Source: Minisyncoccota bacterium
GTDB lineage: Bacteria; Patescibacteriota; Minisyncoccia; Phycocordibacterales; UBA5272
NCBI GenBank assembly: GCA_035905815.1
Contig: JAMIGE010000022.1
Location: 18,360 to 82,359 of the forward strand
Reading direction: 5' to 3'
DNA: 64,000 nt
Positions 1 to 9,115 of the stretch are shown here, piece by piece (position 1 is the first letter of the stretch; each line of letters starts with the position of its first letter). Below the pieces are notes generated by a model, which saw only the letters and a list, made by a program, of their open reading frames with translations, made no database searches and was not told the origin of the DNA. The position numbers and the translations under genes were made by a program.

Positions 1-122
1 AGCTTTTTAAGTATAATTGGCCACATAGCGCTAGCATTGTGCCTGGAGAGCACTTCCTTTACTGAGTCTAGCGGTAAAGTGTTTTGTATTATTAGGTTTG
101 CAATCTGACTAGATGTTGGCAT
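1..122 (-). CDS. atpH: ATP synthase subunit delta (5' part; runs off window)
   Basis: ATG at 122-120 directly after the atpF stop, open frame MPTSSQIANLIIQNTLPLDSVKE...; position in atpB-E-F-H order. Confidence 0.6.
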   Translation of the reverse strand, partial: MPTSSQIANLIIQNTLPLDSVKEVLSRHNASAMWPIILKK

Positions 123-123
123 A

Positions 124-630
124 TTATTTTAATGTAGAAAGTTGAGACTTGATAAATTCTTCATCAATCTTGGCATTCATATTTTTGCCCATTATGGACT
201 CCAGGATATTAGCAATATGTGCTGGGGCAAGAGTAGCGAATTCATTCTCTACTTCACTTTGGGCTGACTTGATTTGTGACGACAATTTATCACGTAGTGC
301 ATCAGCGTCATGCTGGGCTTTTAGTGATATATCGCGAGCGATACTTTCGCCTTTATTCGCGCCAGCATCGATTAGTGCCTTGGCCTCCACTTTGGCATCA
401 TGCACTATCTTCATCTTCTCCTCTTCGGCTGTATGAAGCATCTTACCTGCCTCTTCTGCATTCTGTAGGCCTTGCCTTATCAGTCCATCCCTTTGATCTA
501 TTACCTTACCAAGCTTTTTAAATACAAACTTATTAAGTATAAGAAGTATAATTAGAAAGTTGAAAAAGTTCAGCACTGCTACATGCCAATTAAATCCCAC
601 ACTTTCAAGAGCTTCTAAAATAAGATTCAT
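124..630 (-). CDS. atpF: ATP synthase F0 subunit b
   Basis: N-terminal TM (NFFNFLIILLILNKF) then coiled coil; follows atpE. Confidence 0.92.
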   Translation of the reverse strand: MNLILEALESVGFNWHVAVLNFFNFLIILLILNKFVFKKLGKVIDQRDGLIRQGLQNAEEAGKMLHTAEEEKMKIVHDAKVEAKALIDAGANKGESIARDISLKAQHDADALRDKLSSQIKSAQSEVENEFATLAPAHIANILESIMGKNMNAKIDEEFIKSQLSTLK

Positions 631-647
631 AACTATTTAATTTTGAA

Positions 648-866
648 TTATTTTAGCAAGAAGAATGCCACGAATGCGAAAATCGCTGTTGTCTCTGTCA
701 TCGCTACGAACACAATCATCTTAGTAAATATTGATGCCTCTGTGTCTGGGTTCCTGCCCATAGCTTCTAATCCCTTACCTATTAGATATCCCTGTCCAAT
801 GGCTGTACCTACCATCGCTAGTATACATAATCCCTTTGCTATATAAATTGCTGCTGCTGCGTCCAT
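648..866 (-). CDS. atpE: ATP synthase F0 subunit c
   Basis: 72 aa hairpin with GxGxG-like helix, RNP loop and conserved Glu (AMTETT). Confidence 0.95.
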   Translation of the reverse strand: MDAAAAIYIAKGLCILAMVGTAIGQGYLIGKGLEAMGRNPDTEASIFTKMIVFVAMTETTAIFAFVAFFLLK

Positions 867-942
867 ATTTTTATTTTAATTATTTTTAATGGCTATATTA
901 TAGCAAATTTTTGTGACTTTTCCAAGCTTATGCTAAAGATAT

Positions 943-1749
943 TTAATGCCCTTCACCTTCTTTATTTAGAATTAATGAATAGTATACTGTGATAAGGGAT
1001 GTAAACACTATTGCCTGCACCACGCCTACCAGAACTCCCATACCCATCCAAATCACTGGTATACCCACTGCAATAGCACCCATAATAATTATAGTTAGTA
1101 CTTCATGCGCAAACATGTTCCCAAAAAGGCGAAGCGAAAGTGATATCACCTTTGCTAGCTCACCCACTATTTCTATCAGCCCAACAAAGAAGTGCACAAT
1201 TCCAATTAATCCTTCCCCTATACTTTTTCTGAATCCAGTTATAATTGGCTTTACTTGTATAAAATGCCCCAGATGTCCAAATAACCCCCTCTCTGAGATT
1301 GCTAATATCTGCACTGTAACTACAGCGGCTAAAGCTAATCCAAAAGTGGTATTAAAGTCTGCAGTTCCCCCACGCAGTAGCGGCACCACCACACCCTCAT
1401 GATCTGTATATGTAAAAGACATAATGCCAGGTATCATAGGCACCAGATTAGAAAATAGAATGTACAAGAATACAGAGCCTGCATAAGGTAGCACTTTCTT
1501 CGCCTTATCCTTAGTCCCCACAATATTAGTAAATAGATCTAGCAAGTACTCGTACATCATTTCCAATACATGTTGGAATTTGGTAGGTATTAGTTTAAAC
1601 TTTCTAGCAAGTACAGCAAGCACAATAAAAGACACAATAGCAAATACAGTAAAGACTGTACTATTCGCAACAGTAAATGGCCCGACATGAAATAGCTCTT
1701 CAGCATTGATGCTTGGCAAATCCTCATGTGCAGATAGAAATTCTAACAT
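943..1749 (-). CDS. atpB: ATP synthase F0 subunit a
   Basis: SLSLRLFGNMFA motif, TAD-N-T motif, VQA.VF..L. Confidence 0.95.
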   Translation of the reverse strand: MLEFLSAHEDLPSINAEELFHVGPFTVANSTVFTVFAIVSFIVLAVLARKFKLIPTKFQHVLEMMYEYLLDLFTNIVGTKDKAKKVLPYAGSVFLYILFSNLVPMIPGIMSFTYTDHEGVVVPLLRGGTADFNTTFGLALAAVVTVQILAISERGLFGHLGHFIQVKPIITGFRKSIGEGLIGIVHFFVGLIEIVGELAKVISLSLRLFGNMFAHEVLTIIIMGAIAVGIPVIWMGMGVLVGVVQAIVFTSLITVYYSLILNKEGEGH

Positions 1750-1918
1750 TGGAGTATTATAACATAAATACCATACTTTGGGAATTTAAATATACCTACC
1801 TTAACTCAAATCCTTAAAAACAATTTACATGTGTATAACTTGCTTTCCATATATATATATATATATTACTATTAAACTAATTCTACATTAATTATAGTAG
1901 ATTTAATAAAAACCAACT

Positions 1919-2842
1919 ATGATTAATTTCTATAAAAAATACCCTATTTTATCTACGTTTATATTTACCTTTATGTTTTTATCTTTAGTTTTTTCTGCCA
2001 GAAAATATCATTCTCATCAAATTTATAAATTTAATATAAATAATATAATTTCAAACATAAAAAAAGATGAATCTAATGAATATATTTGTCGTGAAAAAGA
2101 AGCGATAGAAAAATTAAAATCACTAAAACAAAGTGATCAAAAAGAACTTCAAGATTTATCTATGTCGGTATATGCAGCTGGCTGGAAAGATAAAATTGAA
2201 CAGTTAACAAATAGTATAAAGTATTATGACCAAACCTTAGAACAGTATAATCCTACCTCAACTGAAGAGCGTTGCAAGTTGATAAATCTTTCATATATTT
2301 CTAAGGAAAAAGAAATCTATAATAATTTATTAAAAGATAGTAGGAATTTTTTTAATATTAATGATACTGTAATTACAGAGATAGGCGTAAGAGTAGTATA
2401 TCCTGATGGTGAGATGCAAGATCTTTCAAAAGAAATTGGGGATGCGGATGTTTATGCTTCTGTTAGAAAACTTAATAATGGTAACCCAATAGTAAATACT
2501 ACTTTGTTGCTCTACCCTATTTTATGTTTATTTTTATTATTAACCCCAGCACTTATATCTGTGTTTAGTAGTAAAAGGAAAGTTTTTATTAGCGCAGTTA
2601 TGATAATACCTCTTATGTATTTACTTTTCTATCTACAAGTTGAAGAGGATATGTTTAGTCAATGTACAGATTGGTGTGGATTTGAATTTATGTCCATATA
2701 TCCATTAACATTAATTATATCAACAATAGTTGGGCTTATCATTAGCCACCGAACTGAAAAGAGAAATAAAGAAGATATGATTAATTTATTAAAAGAAGCA
2801 AATGAGCAACCTAAAAATATTAATGAGAATATTATTAAATAA
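1919..2842 (+). CDS. Hypothetical membrane protein, low GC (N-terminal TM, extracellular domain, three C-terminal TMs)
   Basis: 307 aa ORF with hydrophobic segments; no motif recognised. Confidence 0.75.
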   Translation: MINFYKKYPILSTFIFTFMFLSLVFSARKYHSHQIYKFNINNIISNIKKDESNEYICREKEAIEKLKSLKQSDQKELQDLSMSVYAAGWKDKIEQLTNSIKYYDQTLEQYNPTSTEERCKLINLSYISKEKEIYNNLLKDSRNFFNINDTVITEIGVRVVYPDGEMQDLSKEIGDADVYASVRKLNNGNPIVNTTLLLYPILCLFLLLTPALISVFSSKRKVFISAVMIIPLMYLLFYLQVEEDMFSQCTDWCGFEFMSIYPLTLIISTIVGLIISHRTEKRNKEDMINLLKEANEQPKNINENIIK

Positions 2843-2912
2843 TAGTAATAATCTAAAAACATAAAGATATAAAAAAGAAAAGCTCCATTTTAAATATATT
2901 CACTTTCAGAAA

Positions 2913-4100
2913 CTAGTTCTTGCTTCCTTTGATATACATAGGCGTAGTAGAAGAAACACAACTAGGGTCATAATTCTCGAATTTATTTGTTGCACATACC
3001 GTTACAACAAGCATGACATAGCCACTCTTTTCACCAGTTATTTTATGTAGACCCGACTCCATTTTACCTGTCATATAGTTAGGTGTGGACAAGAAAAGAG
3101 GCTGATCAACTACATCTTCCGTCTTTAATGGAGAATTTTCATTCCATGAATCAGCATTTGTATTATAATAATACGGAGTATATCCACATATGCTTTTACT
3201 TAAGAGCGCACGCTCTTCAGGAGTCGTGGCAGTTGTTGTAGAATATTCATAACCATCATCAATATAGATATTACATTTTACACTTAACATTGCACGCTTG
3301 CCAGTATATGATAAACTAAAAGTCTGGCTTCCATCCTGAGACGCGGAAAAGGATCTTACAGAAGCAATTTTAGCAAGATCAACTTTTGGAGCAACAGCAT
3401 TAGACTTTGTTCCATCTAGGAATTCTATATATACGGAATCTGAATTAGCTATTGCTTGCAATATTTTATTACTACCGCCACTCGCGCTTATAAGCGTTAT
3501 CGTTGTTGTAGATTTATCTGCAGGCGGATAAATAGAGATATTATAAGTTGGATATATACCCCGCTCTGTTAGAAAATCGAGACTATTAGTATTGCTTCCA
3601 GATTTATAAACTATTTTTGAAATTTTTGGGGCAGATATGTCATAACTGTTGTTTGCTCTTATAGTTAATCCTCCTGTTTCGTTATCAAAAATTATATTTT
3701 TAATTATAGATACTTGGTTATTAGAAACTATGGTATTAGTCGCTGAACTTAGCATTTTTTTATCCTTACTATACACTGTTGTACTATCTTGCATTTTGTC
3801 CAAATCGTTATACGATATAGTCTGATCAGATGTTGATGGTAAAGAATTACTGCTTACGCCACCCTCCACTGATGAAGTAGATTGATCAGTAGTATTTTGA
3901 TTTGTATAGCTGGTATTTTTTATATCCATTTTCTTTGCTTCGCCCTCACCGTAAGCATAAAAATATATAATCACAATAGAGAGTATGAATACTAGAAGTC
4001 CAGAGATCAGAATTATAATTCTATAATTGTTGGGGGTTTTATTTAATGGTGTTTGCTCATTATAATTCTGGTAAGGAGTATAGTTGTTATTTGGTTCCAT
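2913..4100 (-). CDS. Hypothetical single-pass membrane protein with Ser/Thr-rich linker and beta-rich extracellular domain
   Basis: 395 aa ORF with MEPNNN.. N-terminus, TM at ~aa 29-50, Cys pairs. Confidence 0.75.
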   Translation of the reverse strand: MEPNNNYTPYQNYNEQTPLNKTPNNYRIIILISGLLVFILSIVIIYFYAYGEGEAKKMDIKNTSYTNQNTTDQSTSSVEGGVSSNSLPSTSDQTISYNDLDKMQDSTTVYSKDKKMLSSATNTIVSNNQVSIIKNIIFDNETGGLTIRANNSYDISAPKISKIVYKSGSNTNSLDFLTERGIYPTYNISIYPPADKSTTTITLISASGGSNKILQAIANSDSVYIEFLDGTKSNAVAPKVDLAKIASVRSFSASQDGSQTFSLSYTGKRAMLSVKCNIYIDDGYEYSTTTATTPEERALLSKSICGYTPYYYNTNADSWNENSPLKTEDVVDQPLFLSTPNYMTGKMESGLHKITGEKSGYVMLVVTVCATNKFENYDPSCVSSTTPMYIKGSKN

Positions 4101-4165
4101 ATTGCTAAATCTATAGGCTAATTATAAGTACGTAGATGATAAATGTAAATAAGTCTATACACAAA

Positions 4166-4903
4166 CTAAAACTGATTTACAACTCTTAGGTCTCCGTTAT
4201 ATAGTAGGCGCACATCATCAATACCCCACTTTAGCATTGCCAGCCTGTCCACCCCTCCACCAAAAGCAAAGCCTTGGAATAGCTTACTGTCCACTCCTGC
4301 ATTCTCTAAAACTTTTGGATGTACCATTCCTGCTCCCATGATTTCTATCCATCCAGAATGCTTGCATACGTTACATCCTGATCCTACACATTTAAAACAT
4401 TGCATATCCACCTCTACACCAGGCTCTACAAATGCGAAATATGATGACCGTAGTCTAATCTTCAAATCATTACCGAAAAGTTTAGAGAAGAAGTTTTCAA
4501 GTACGCCTTTCATATCTGCTAGAGTTACGCTTTCACCTATACATAGGCCTTCTACTTGATGGAATTGCGCCTCATGTGTGGCGTCGGTGGCTTCGTTACG
4601 GAAAACTTTACCAGGTACACATATTGCCAGAGTATTGCCCTTCACTGCGCGTCCAGATTTCACCCACCTTTCCATCTCACGTATTTGTACCGAGGATGTA
4701 TGAGTACGCAACACTCCACCACCCTTCACCCAAAATGTATCCTGCATATCACGCGCTGGATGGTCCTTAGGAATATTAAGCGCGTCGAAATTATGGAATT
4801 CGTCCTCCAGCTCTCTGTCATCCACAATATCAAAACCCATTTTAGTAAATATGTCTGCTATTTCGTTATTTAGAATAGTAATAGGGTGTAAATGTCCTTG
4901 CAT
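4166..4903 (-). CDS. pheS: Phenylalanine--tRNA ligase alpha subunit (short, lacks N-terminal coiled coil)
   Basis: GHLHP, NFDALNIPKDHPAR, LRTHTS, FHQVEG, GFAFG motifs. Confidence 0.97.
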   Translation of the reverse strand: MQGHLHPITILNNEIADIFTKMGFDIVDDRELEDEFHNFDALNIPKDHPARDMQDTFWVKGGGVLRTHTSSVQIREMERWVKSGRAVKGNTLAICVPGKVFRNEATDATHEAQFHQVEGLCIGESVTLADMKGVLENFFSKLFGNDLKIRLRSSYFAFVEPGVEVDMQCFKCVGSGCNVCKHSGWIEIMGAGMVHPKVLENAGVDSKLFQGFAFGGGVDRLAMLKWGIDDVRLLYNGDLRVVNQF

Positions 4904-5014
4904 ATATTTATAATAGCAAATATTATATGTTTAGCAAAGAAAGCTTGACCCACCAACCACTCTAAATCCAAACACTTGTATTTCGAATTCTTTTTTAAAA
5001 TATAATCAAGCAAG

Positions 5015-5692
5015 CTACCTATCTGCTAAGTAATTCTTTAAAAAGCTCTTCCTGTGTAGCTCGGTAATGCCATACACATTCAAAAGCTCATAATGCTTGC
5101 TTGTACCATATCCGACATTATTTTTCCAATCATAGAACTTGCCACCTTTATCATATATTTTGTTTGCACTATATATCATATAATTGTCTCTAGTAATTTT
5201 AGCCATTATACTAGCACAAGCAATTGCGGGTATATTCTCATCCCCTTTGATTACCGCTTCGTGCTCCAACTCATAGTTATACTTCTTCTTAATTTTACTC
5301 TTGTATTCACTTTCGATTTTAAGACCACCGTCTAAAAATATTTTAGTATTACTTTTATCTAAATCATAATTAAGTCTAATTAGTTTATTGAGGCATGATT
5401 CTATGCTTTGCTTTATAACTTTTGAGAGGCCAATACTGTCTATAATTTTTGCGCTCGTAGAGTGTATTACAAAGTCCACCTCACCACCTAATTTTAACTT
5501 ATTCAGCTTTGTTCTTATCTCTCTCCTTTTAGCATCAGTTAACTTCTTTGAATCCTTCAAAATCCTCTTGTCGAAAATTCCCAATATATCAGTTTCGCTT
5601 TTCATAATAAATGCGCAAAATGTAATTGGCCCAGCAATTGGTCCTCTGCCTACCTCGTCAATTCCTACAATATATTTTGTATTTGCATTCAT
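5015..5692 (-). CDS. rnhB: Ribonuclease HII
   Basis: GIDEVGRGPIAGP, DSKKL, ASIMAKITRD, GYGT, HRKSF; start trimmed to MNANT. Confidence 0.95.
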   Translation of the reverse strand: MNANTKYIVGIDEVGRGPIAGPITFCAFIMKSETDILGIFDKRILKDSKKLTDAKRREIRTKLNKLKLGGEVDFVIHSTSAKIIDSIGLSKVIKQSIESCLNKLIRLNYDLDKSNTKIFLDGGLKIESEYKSKIKKKYNYELEHEAVIKGDENIPAIACASIMAKITRDNYMIYSANKIYDKGGKFYDWKNNVGYGTSKHYELLNVYGITELHRKSFLKNYLADR

Positions 5693-5743
5693 AATAATAT
5701 ACATAGTGTATTACATATATTAAATTTTAGGAAGAGCAGATTA

Positions 5744-5763
5744 AAAGCCGGCGAGCCGGCTTT
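5744..5763 (-). terminator. Intrinsic terminator of cassette A
   Basis: aaagccggc-ga-gccggcttt hairpin; U-tract on minus strand. Confidence 0.8.
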
Positions 5764-5794
5764 GTAATTATTTTAAATTTTAAATTCTGACGCA

Positions 5795-6358
5795 TTACGG
5801 GATGGTCTGTGGACCTGTGTCACTTGGCAGCTTTTGCCAAGATCTGGCCCTGCAGTACATCACAGCCAGATCATCATCGGTGCCACTCACTTTTGCCTTA
5901 GGCATTTCTGGCGCTGATTGCCACGACACCAAAATTCTCTGGCAAAGTGATACCGATCTAGGTGTCAGAGCTTCATATATTTCAAATGGTAATTTACCTT
6001 TTGAAATATCATCGTAATTAGGACAAAGATCTTGACCTGCTGTCGTGCTAGCTATGCCATAGCGCCGCACATAATCGCACTGCGACCGCCACGCCTCGCG
6101 CACTACTGCCAGGCCGCGCTCTATAGCCTGCCGGCTATCATGCGGACTAACAGTCAAATCATAAGAGAAAACTTTACCCATACGCAAATCATCGAGTGCA
6201 TTTTGAATGCTTCCATCATTAGCGCCTGGAGTTGTGACCGGGAGGCTTGCTTTGCTTTCCCTTTCACTACTCTTAAAAAAGTACAAAAGTCCCGAGCAGA
6301 TCAAGAAAACAAGCGAGATCGCAAGCATGCTAAGCGGCCTACCGCTTCTATCTTTCAT
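5795..6358 (-). CDS. Hypothetical secreted/membrane-anchored protein (cassette A gene 2)
   Basis: AAGGAG SD upstream of ATG, N-terminal hydrophobic segment, four Cys. Confidence 0.75.
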   Translation of the reverse strand: MKDRSGRPLSMLAISLVFLICSGLLYFFKSSERESKASLPVTTPGANDGSIQNALDDLRMGKVFSYDLTVSPHDSRQAIERGLAVVREAWRSQCDYVRRYGIASTTAGQDLCPNYDDISKGKLPFEIYEALTPRSVSLCQRILVSWQSAPEMPKAKVSGTDDDLAVMYCRARSWQKLPSDTGPQTIP

Positions 6359-6367
6359 ATTTGCTCC

Positions 6368-6802
6368 TTAGCCGCAGCCAACGCCGCGATAGCGATTGTT
6401 TTCAATGTCCCACGCATATACATTGGGACGAGGACAATTCGTAGGCACTGGTGTAGGATAATGCGTCACCGAGCTACAGCTCCACACTCCGTCATGTGGA
6501 TTACGATATGGGGCCGTGATGATTTGCCCGCTGATGCCAATCGGGCCACATGTAATACGCAGCGTACTTGCTGTAGGGCGTGATGCATACACAGGAGGAG
6601 GAGGAGCGTGTACTACGCTGCGACCCTGTGCGGGCACATATACTGCGCAGCCGCCCAGAGTACCGAGCGATGCCACCACAGCTACCAGCAACCCCATGAG
6701 CGGAGGGATAATCCCTTTATGCTCACCAACATATTGCGGCTTAGCACGCATACCATAGTGACCGAACTTCGAGGACCGTTTACAGAAATTTGAATGAGCC
6801 AT
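6368..6802 (-). CDS. Putative lipoprotein, Pro/Cys-rich (cassette A gene 1)
   Basis: AAGGAG SD before ATG at 6802 (MAHSNF); hydrophobic stretch ending in LGGC lipobox-like motif. Confidence 0.65.
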   Translation of the reverse strand: MAHSNFCKRSSKFGHYGMRAKPQYVGEHKGIIPPLMGLLVAVVASLGTLGGCAVYVPAQGRSVVHAPPPPVYASRPTASTLRITCGPIGISGQIITAPYRNPHDGVWSCSSVTHYPTPVPTNCPRPNVYAWDIENNRYRGVGCG

Positions 6803-6835
6803 TCTATACTCCTTATAGAGTGTTGAGACTAAAGC

Positions 6836-6864
6836 ATAATACAACATAATATTAGCAAAAGCAA
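6836..6864 (-). promoter_or_regulatory. Sigma70-type promoter of cassette A
   Basis: TTGCTT-17-TATTAT on minus strand. Confidence 0.65.
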
Positions 6865-6882
6865 GACCATTTTAGATAAAGT

Positions 6883-6906
6883 AAAAGGCGGACAATTGTC
6901 CGCCTT
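6883..6906 (-). terminator. Intrinsic terminator ending the candidate large ncRNA
   Basis: aaggcggac-aatt-gtccgcctt plus U-tract on minus strand. Confidence 0.8.
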
Positions 6907-7545
6907 CCCACACCTCAATCCAAACTCCATCATATATTTGTAGTTAGCTTTCTACTTCTCGTCATGTATAGAAAGATAACTTACACTGTTGGATATTGTG
7001 CGGTAGTACTCATCTTCTCGAGTTCCAAACTAATTTCTACGCGTTCGGCTTTTACCCCTACACAAGCAGTATACAAGATACTAATCCGGAGGCTTAACGA
7101 TCAGAACTACTAATAAGTAGATCCGCCCGCCAGCAACATACCAGATAAACTCGCGTCGCCATTTTCACCAGCTTAAAAGTTTCAAAGATCCTGACTCTTC
7201 GCCTATGTGCAGTACTATGCACTGGCTACGAACCGTCGTTCACATCAGGCCGATTCTACGGTGCACTCAACATTTGCTCACCCATATATTCTATTATGCA
7301 AAATGTGTGTACCAAAAGGTCGATATACTTAGGGAATTATCCCTGTTCTATAGTCTCTTGCGAGTCTCCTCGTATACACTTAGATTACACTTTTCAAATT
7401 ACAAGTCCAAGCGGGACAGGCAGCGGTGCCGTGCAGCACATGCCCATATGATGATTAGTAACTCCTCATCATACATCCCTCTTAAGTGCCCAGCGTCGCT
7501 TGTGCCAATACAATTTAGCGACGCATACACCCCAGCACCCAAGAT
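6885..7545 (-). ncRNA. Candidate large (~650 nt) structured non-coding RNA
   Basis: Near-consensus promoter upstream and terminator downstream; no minus-strand ORF >=60 aa; many nested helices with G-U pairs and GAAA/GCAA tetraloops. Confidence 0.6.
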
Positions 7546-7549
7546 CACA

Positions 7550-7578
7550 AGTATAACAGTATACAATATTTTTGTCAA
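7550..7578 (-). promoter_or_regulatory. Near-consensus sigma70 promoter
   Basis: TTGACA-17-TATACT with extended -10 TG; -35 overlaps the TGA stop of the LOG gene. Confidence 0.8.
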
Positions 7579-8102
7579 GTAGATACTTGTACCAGTTCTT
7601 CTTTTAGGTTTTCTAATAATCTTATGTGTCTTAGCATTAGCAAGTCCTGATTAGATACTATTGCTGACAGCATCCCAATGATTGGTATCCAGAAATCTCC
7701 AAAAAGTATTATCTTTGCTGGGGCTGGCTTCTTCCTATTTACATCAATGGCAAGCAATACTTCTGCCAAAGTCCCTACCGACCCTCGCACAGCAACAATT
7801 ACACTCGACTCGTCTATTAGCAGTCGCAGTCTGTCATATATGTCACGAGCAACAACAGTTTCAGATAAATACTTGTTCCCTACCACCCGACCAAAATTGG
7901 CACATGTATATCCTACAGCTCTGCCACCGCTACTACTAGCGCCCTTGGATACTGCCTCCATCAGACCATAGTATCCACCATTTCTAACTTCATAACCCAG
8001 ACCCGTCAGAATAGCACCTATTTGCAAGCTATCTGAATACTCTGTCGAGTCTACCGACCCGCCACTACCACCTCCAAAAAATGATGCGACCTTCTTTTCC
8101 AT
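7575..8102 (-). CDS. LOG/SLOG family nucleotide-binding protein (cassette C)
   Basis: FFGG, NGGYYGLMEAVSKGA, RL..L...S, GSVGTLAE motifs; AAGGAG SD; GTGACA-17-TATTCT promoter at 8132-8160. Confidence 0.85.
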   Translation of the reverse strand: MEKKVASFFGGGSGGSVDSTEYSDSLQIGAILTGLGYEVRNGGYYGLMEAVSKGASSSGGRAVGYTCANFGRVVGNKYLSETVVARDIYDRLRLLIDESSVIVAVRGSVGTLAEVLLAIDVNRKKPAPAKIILFGDFWIPIIGMLSAIVSNQDLLMLRHIRLLENLKEELVQVST

Positions 8103-8192
8103 AACAACTCCTTAAAGTACAGACCTAACACAGAATAACATAATCAAAGAGAGGTGTCACATGCAACTAATTAATGTAAGTATATAAAAAGA

Positions 8193-8216
8193 AAACCGCA
8201 GTATAAACTGCGGTTT
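8193..8216 (-). terminator. Intrinsic terminator of cassette D
   Basis: aaaccgcag-tataaa-ctgcggttt. Confidence 0.8.
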
Positions 8217-8236
8217 GGACTCGAAGCGAGATCGGA

Positions 8237-9115
8237 TTAAAACCCTAAGATGTTTCGAATCACAGCGCGACTGGCACCCGCTACGGCACCATCACGTAGT
8301 CCGTCGCGGTTACCCTGAGCGGCGTAACCGATCATTGCACCATCCAGCGCACCACCAAGAATATTCTGAGGCTGGCGCTGTTGTTGTGGGTACATAGGCT
8401 GTTGCTGAACAACATAGCCCTGGGACTGATTGCCATTCATTCCGTAGCCATTGCTACTGGCAGTAACTGGCTGACACATGAAGCGAGGACCGGCCGGGTT
8501 GCCGTTAGGCCAGAAGACCAAGAACCCACCATTGCAGTTATGCGTACTATTAGTCATACGCTCAGTACACACTGCCCCACCGTTTGCCGCACGCAACATC
8601 ACCGCCCCAGATGGAGCTGGGACATTGACCTCCACACAGACTGGATACTGGCCCTGCACCACATTGGCTGTTTGGCCATTATTCATAGCGTATGTCATAC
8701 CCTGCGGAGCATAGCCTGTTTGTGGCTGGGCCAATCCGACCTGACTACCGATCACTTGGCCTGATTTCTGACAGGTGTATGTATTTGGCCCAGTTGGAAC
8801 AAGTTGTCCACCGAACCTAACACACTCATTTGCAGAATTTACCTGTGACTGCGCTGCAGCACGCTGCATTGCAATCTGCGCATTTTGCGCGACCAGCCAT
8901 TGCTCATTTTGAGCCGCAGCATTCATGCACGCCGCATTTTGATCACAAGCCCACATTTTGAAGCTCGGCTTGCTCACGTCGGCACCCTGCGCACGAGCTG
9001 CACCAGCCATAAAGCCGACCGCAAAAACCAGGCCTGAGAGCGCTACAGCTGTAGCGCGATGATGACGAAGCATCGCGCTAGCACAGCGACCAACTTCAAT
9101 AAAAAGCTTTTTCAT
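8237..9115 (-). CDS. Secreted Gln/Cys-rich protein with C-terminal glycine-zipper-like motif (cassette D)
   Basis: AAGGAG SD; signal peptide ending AARA; C-terminus GGALDGAMIG...GAVAGA; promoter TTGACA-16-TATAAT at 9186-9213. Confidence 0.8.
   Translation of the reverse strand: MKKLFIEVGRCASAMLRHHRATAVALSGLVFAVGFMAGAARAQGADVSKPSFKMWACDQNAACMNAAAQNEQWLVAQNAQIAMQRAAAQSQVNSANECVRFGGQLVPTGPNTYTCQKSGQVIGSQVGLAQPQTGYAPQGMTYAMNNGQTANVVQGQYPVCVEVNVPAPSGAVMLRAANGGAVCTERMTNSTHNCNGGFLVFWPNGNPAGPRFMCQPVTASSNGYGMNGNQSQGYVVQQQPMYPQQQRQPQNILGGALDGAMIGYAAQGNRDGLRDGAVAGASRAVIRNILGF

Noticed and set aside
1848-1866. (AT)n run upstream of the 1919 gene as a phase-variation tract
   Set aside because: Plausible but unsupported; short AT runs are expected in AT-rich intergenic DNA and there is no read data
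7195-7365. Group I intron R element (AGAGACUAUA) or hammerhead core (CUGAUG) inside the candidate RNA
   Set aside because: No matching S element (AUAUAGUC) for P7, no interrupted host gene, and the hammerhead CUGAUGA/GAAA core is incomplete
7205-7582. 125-aa plus-strand ORF across the candidate ncRNA
   Set aside because: No plus-strand promoter or SD, implausible composition, and it runs antisense to a consensus promoter
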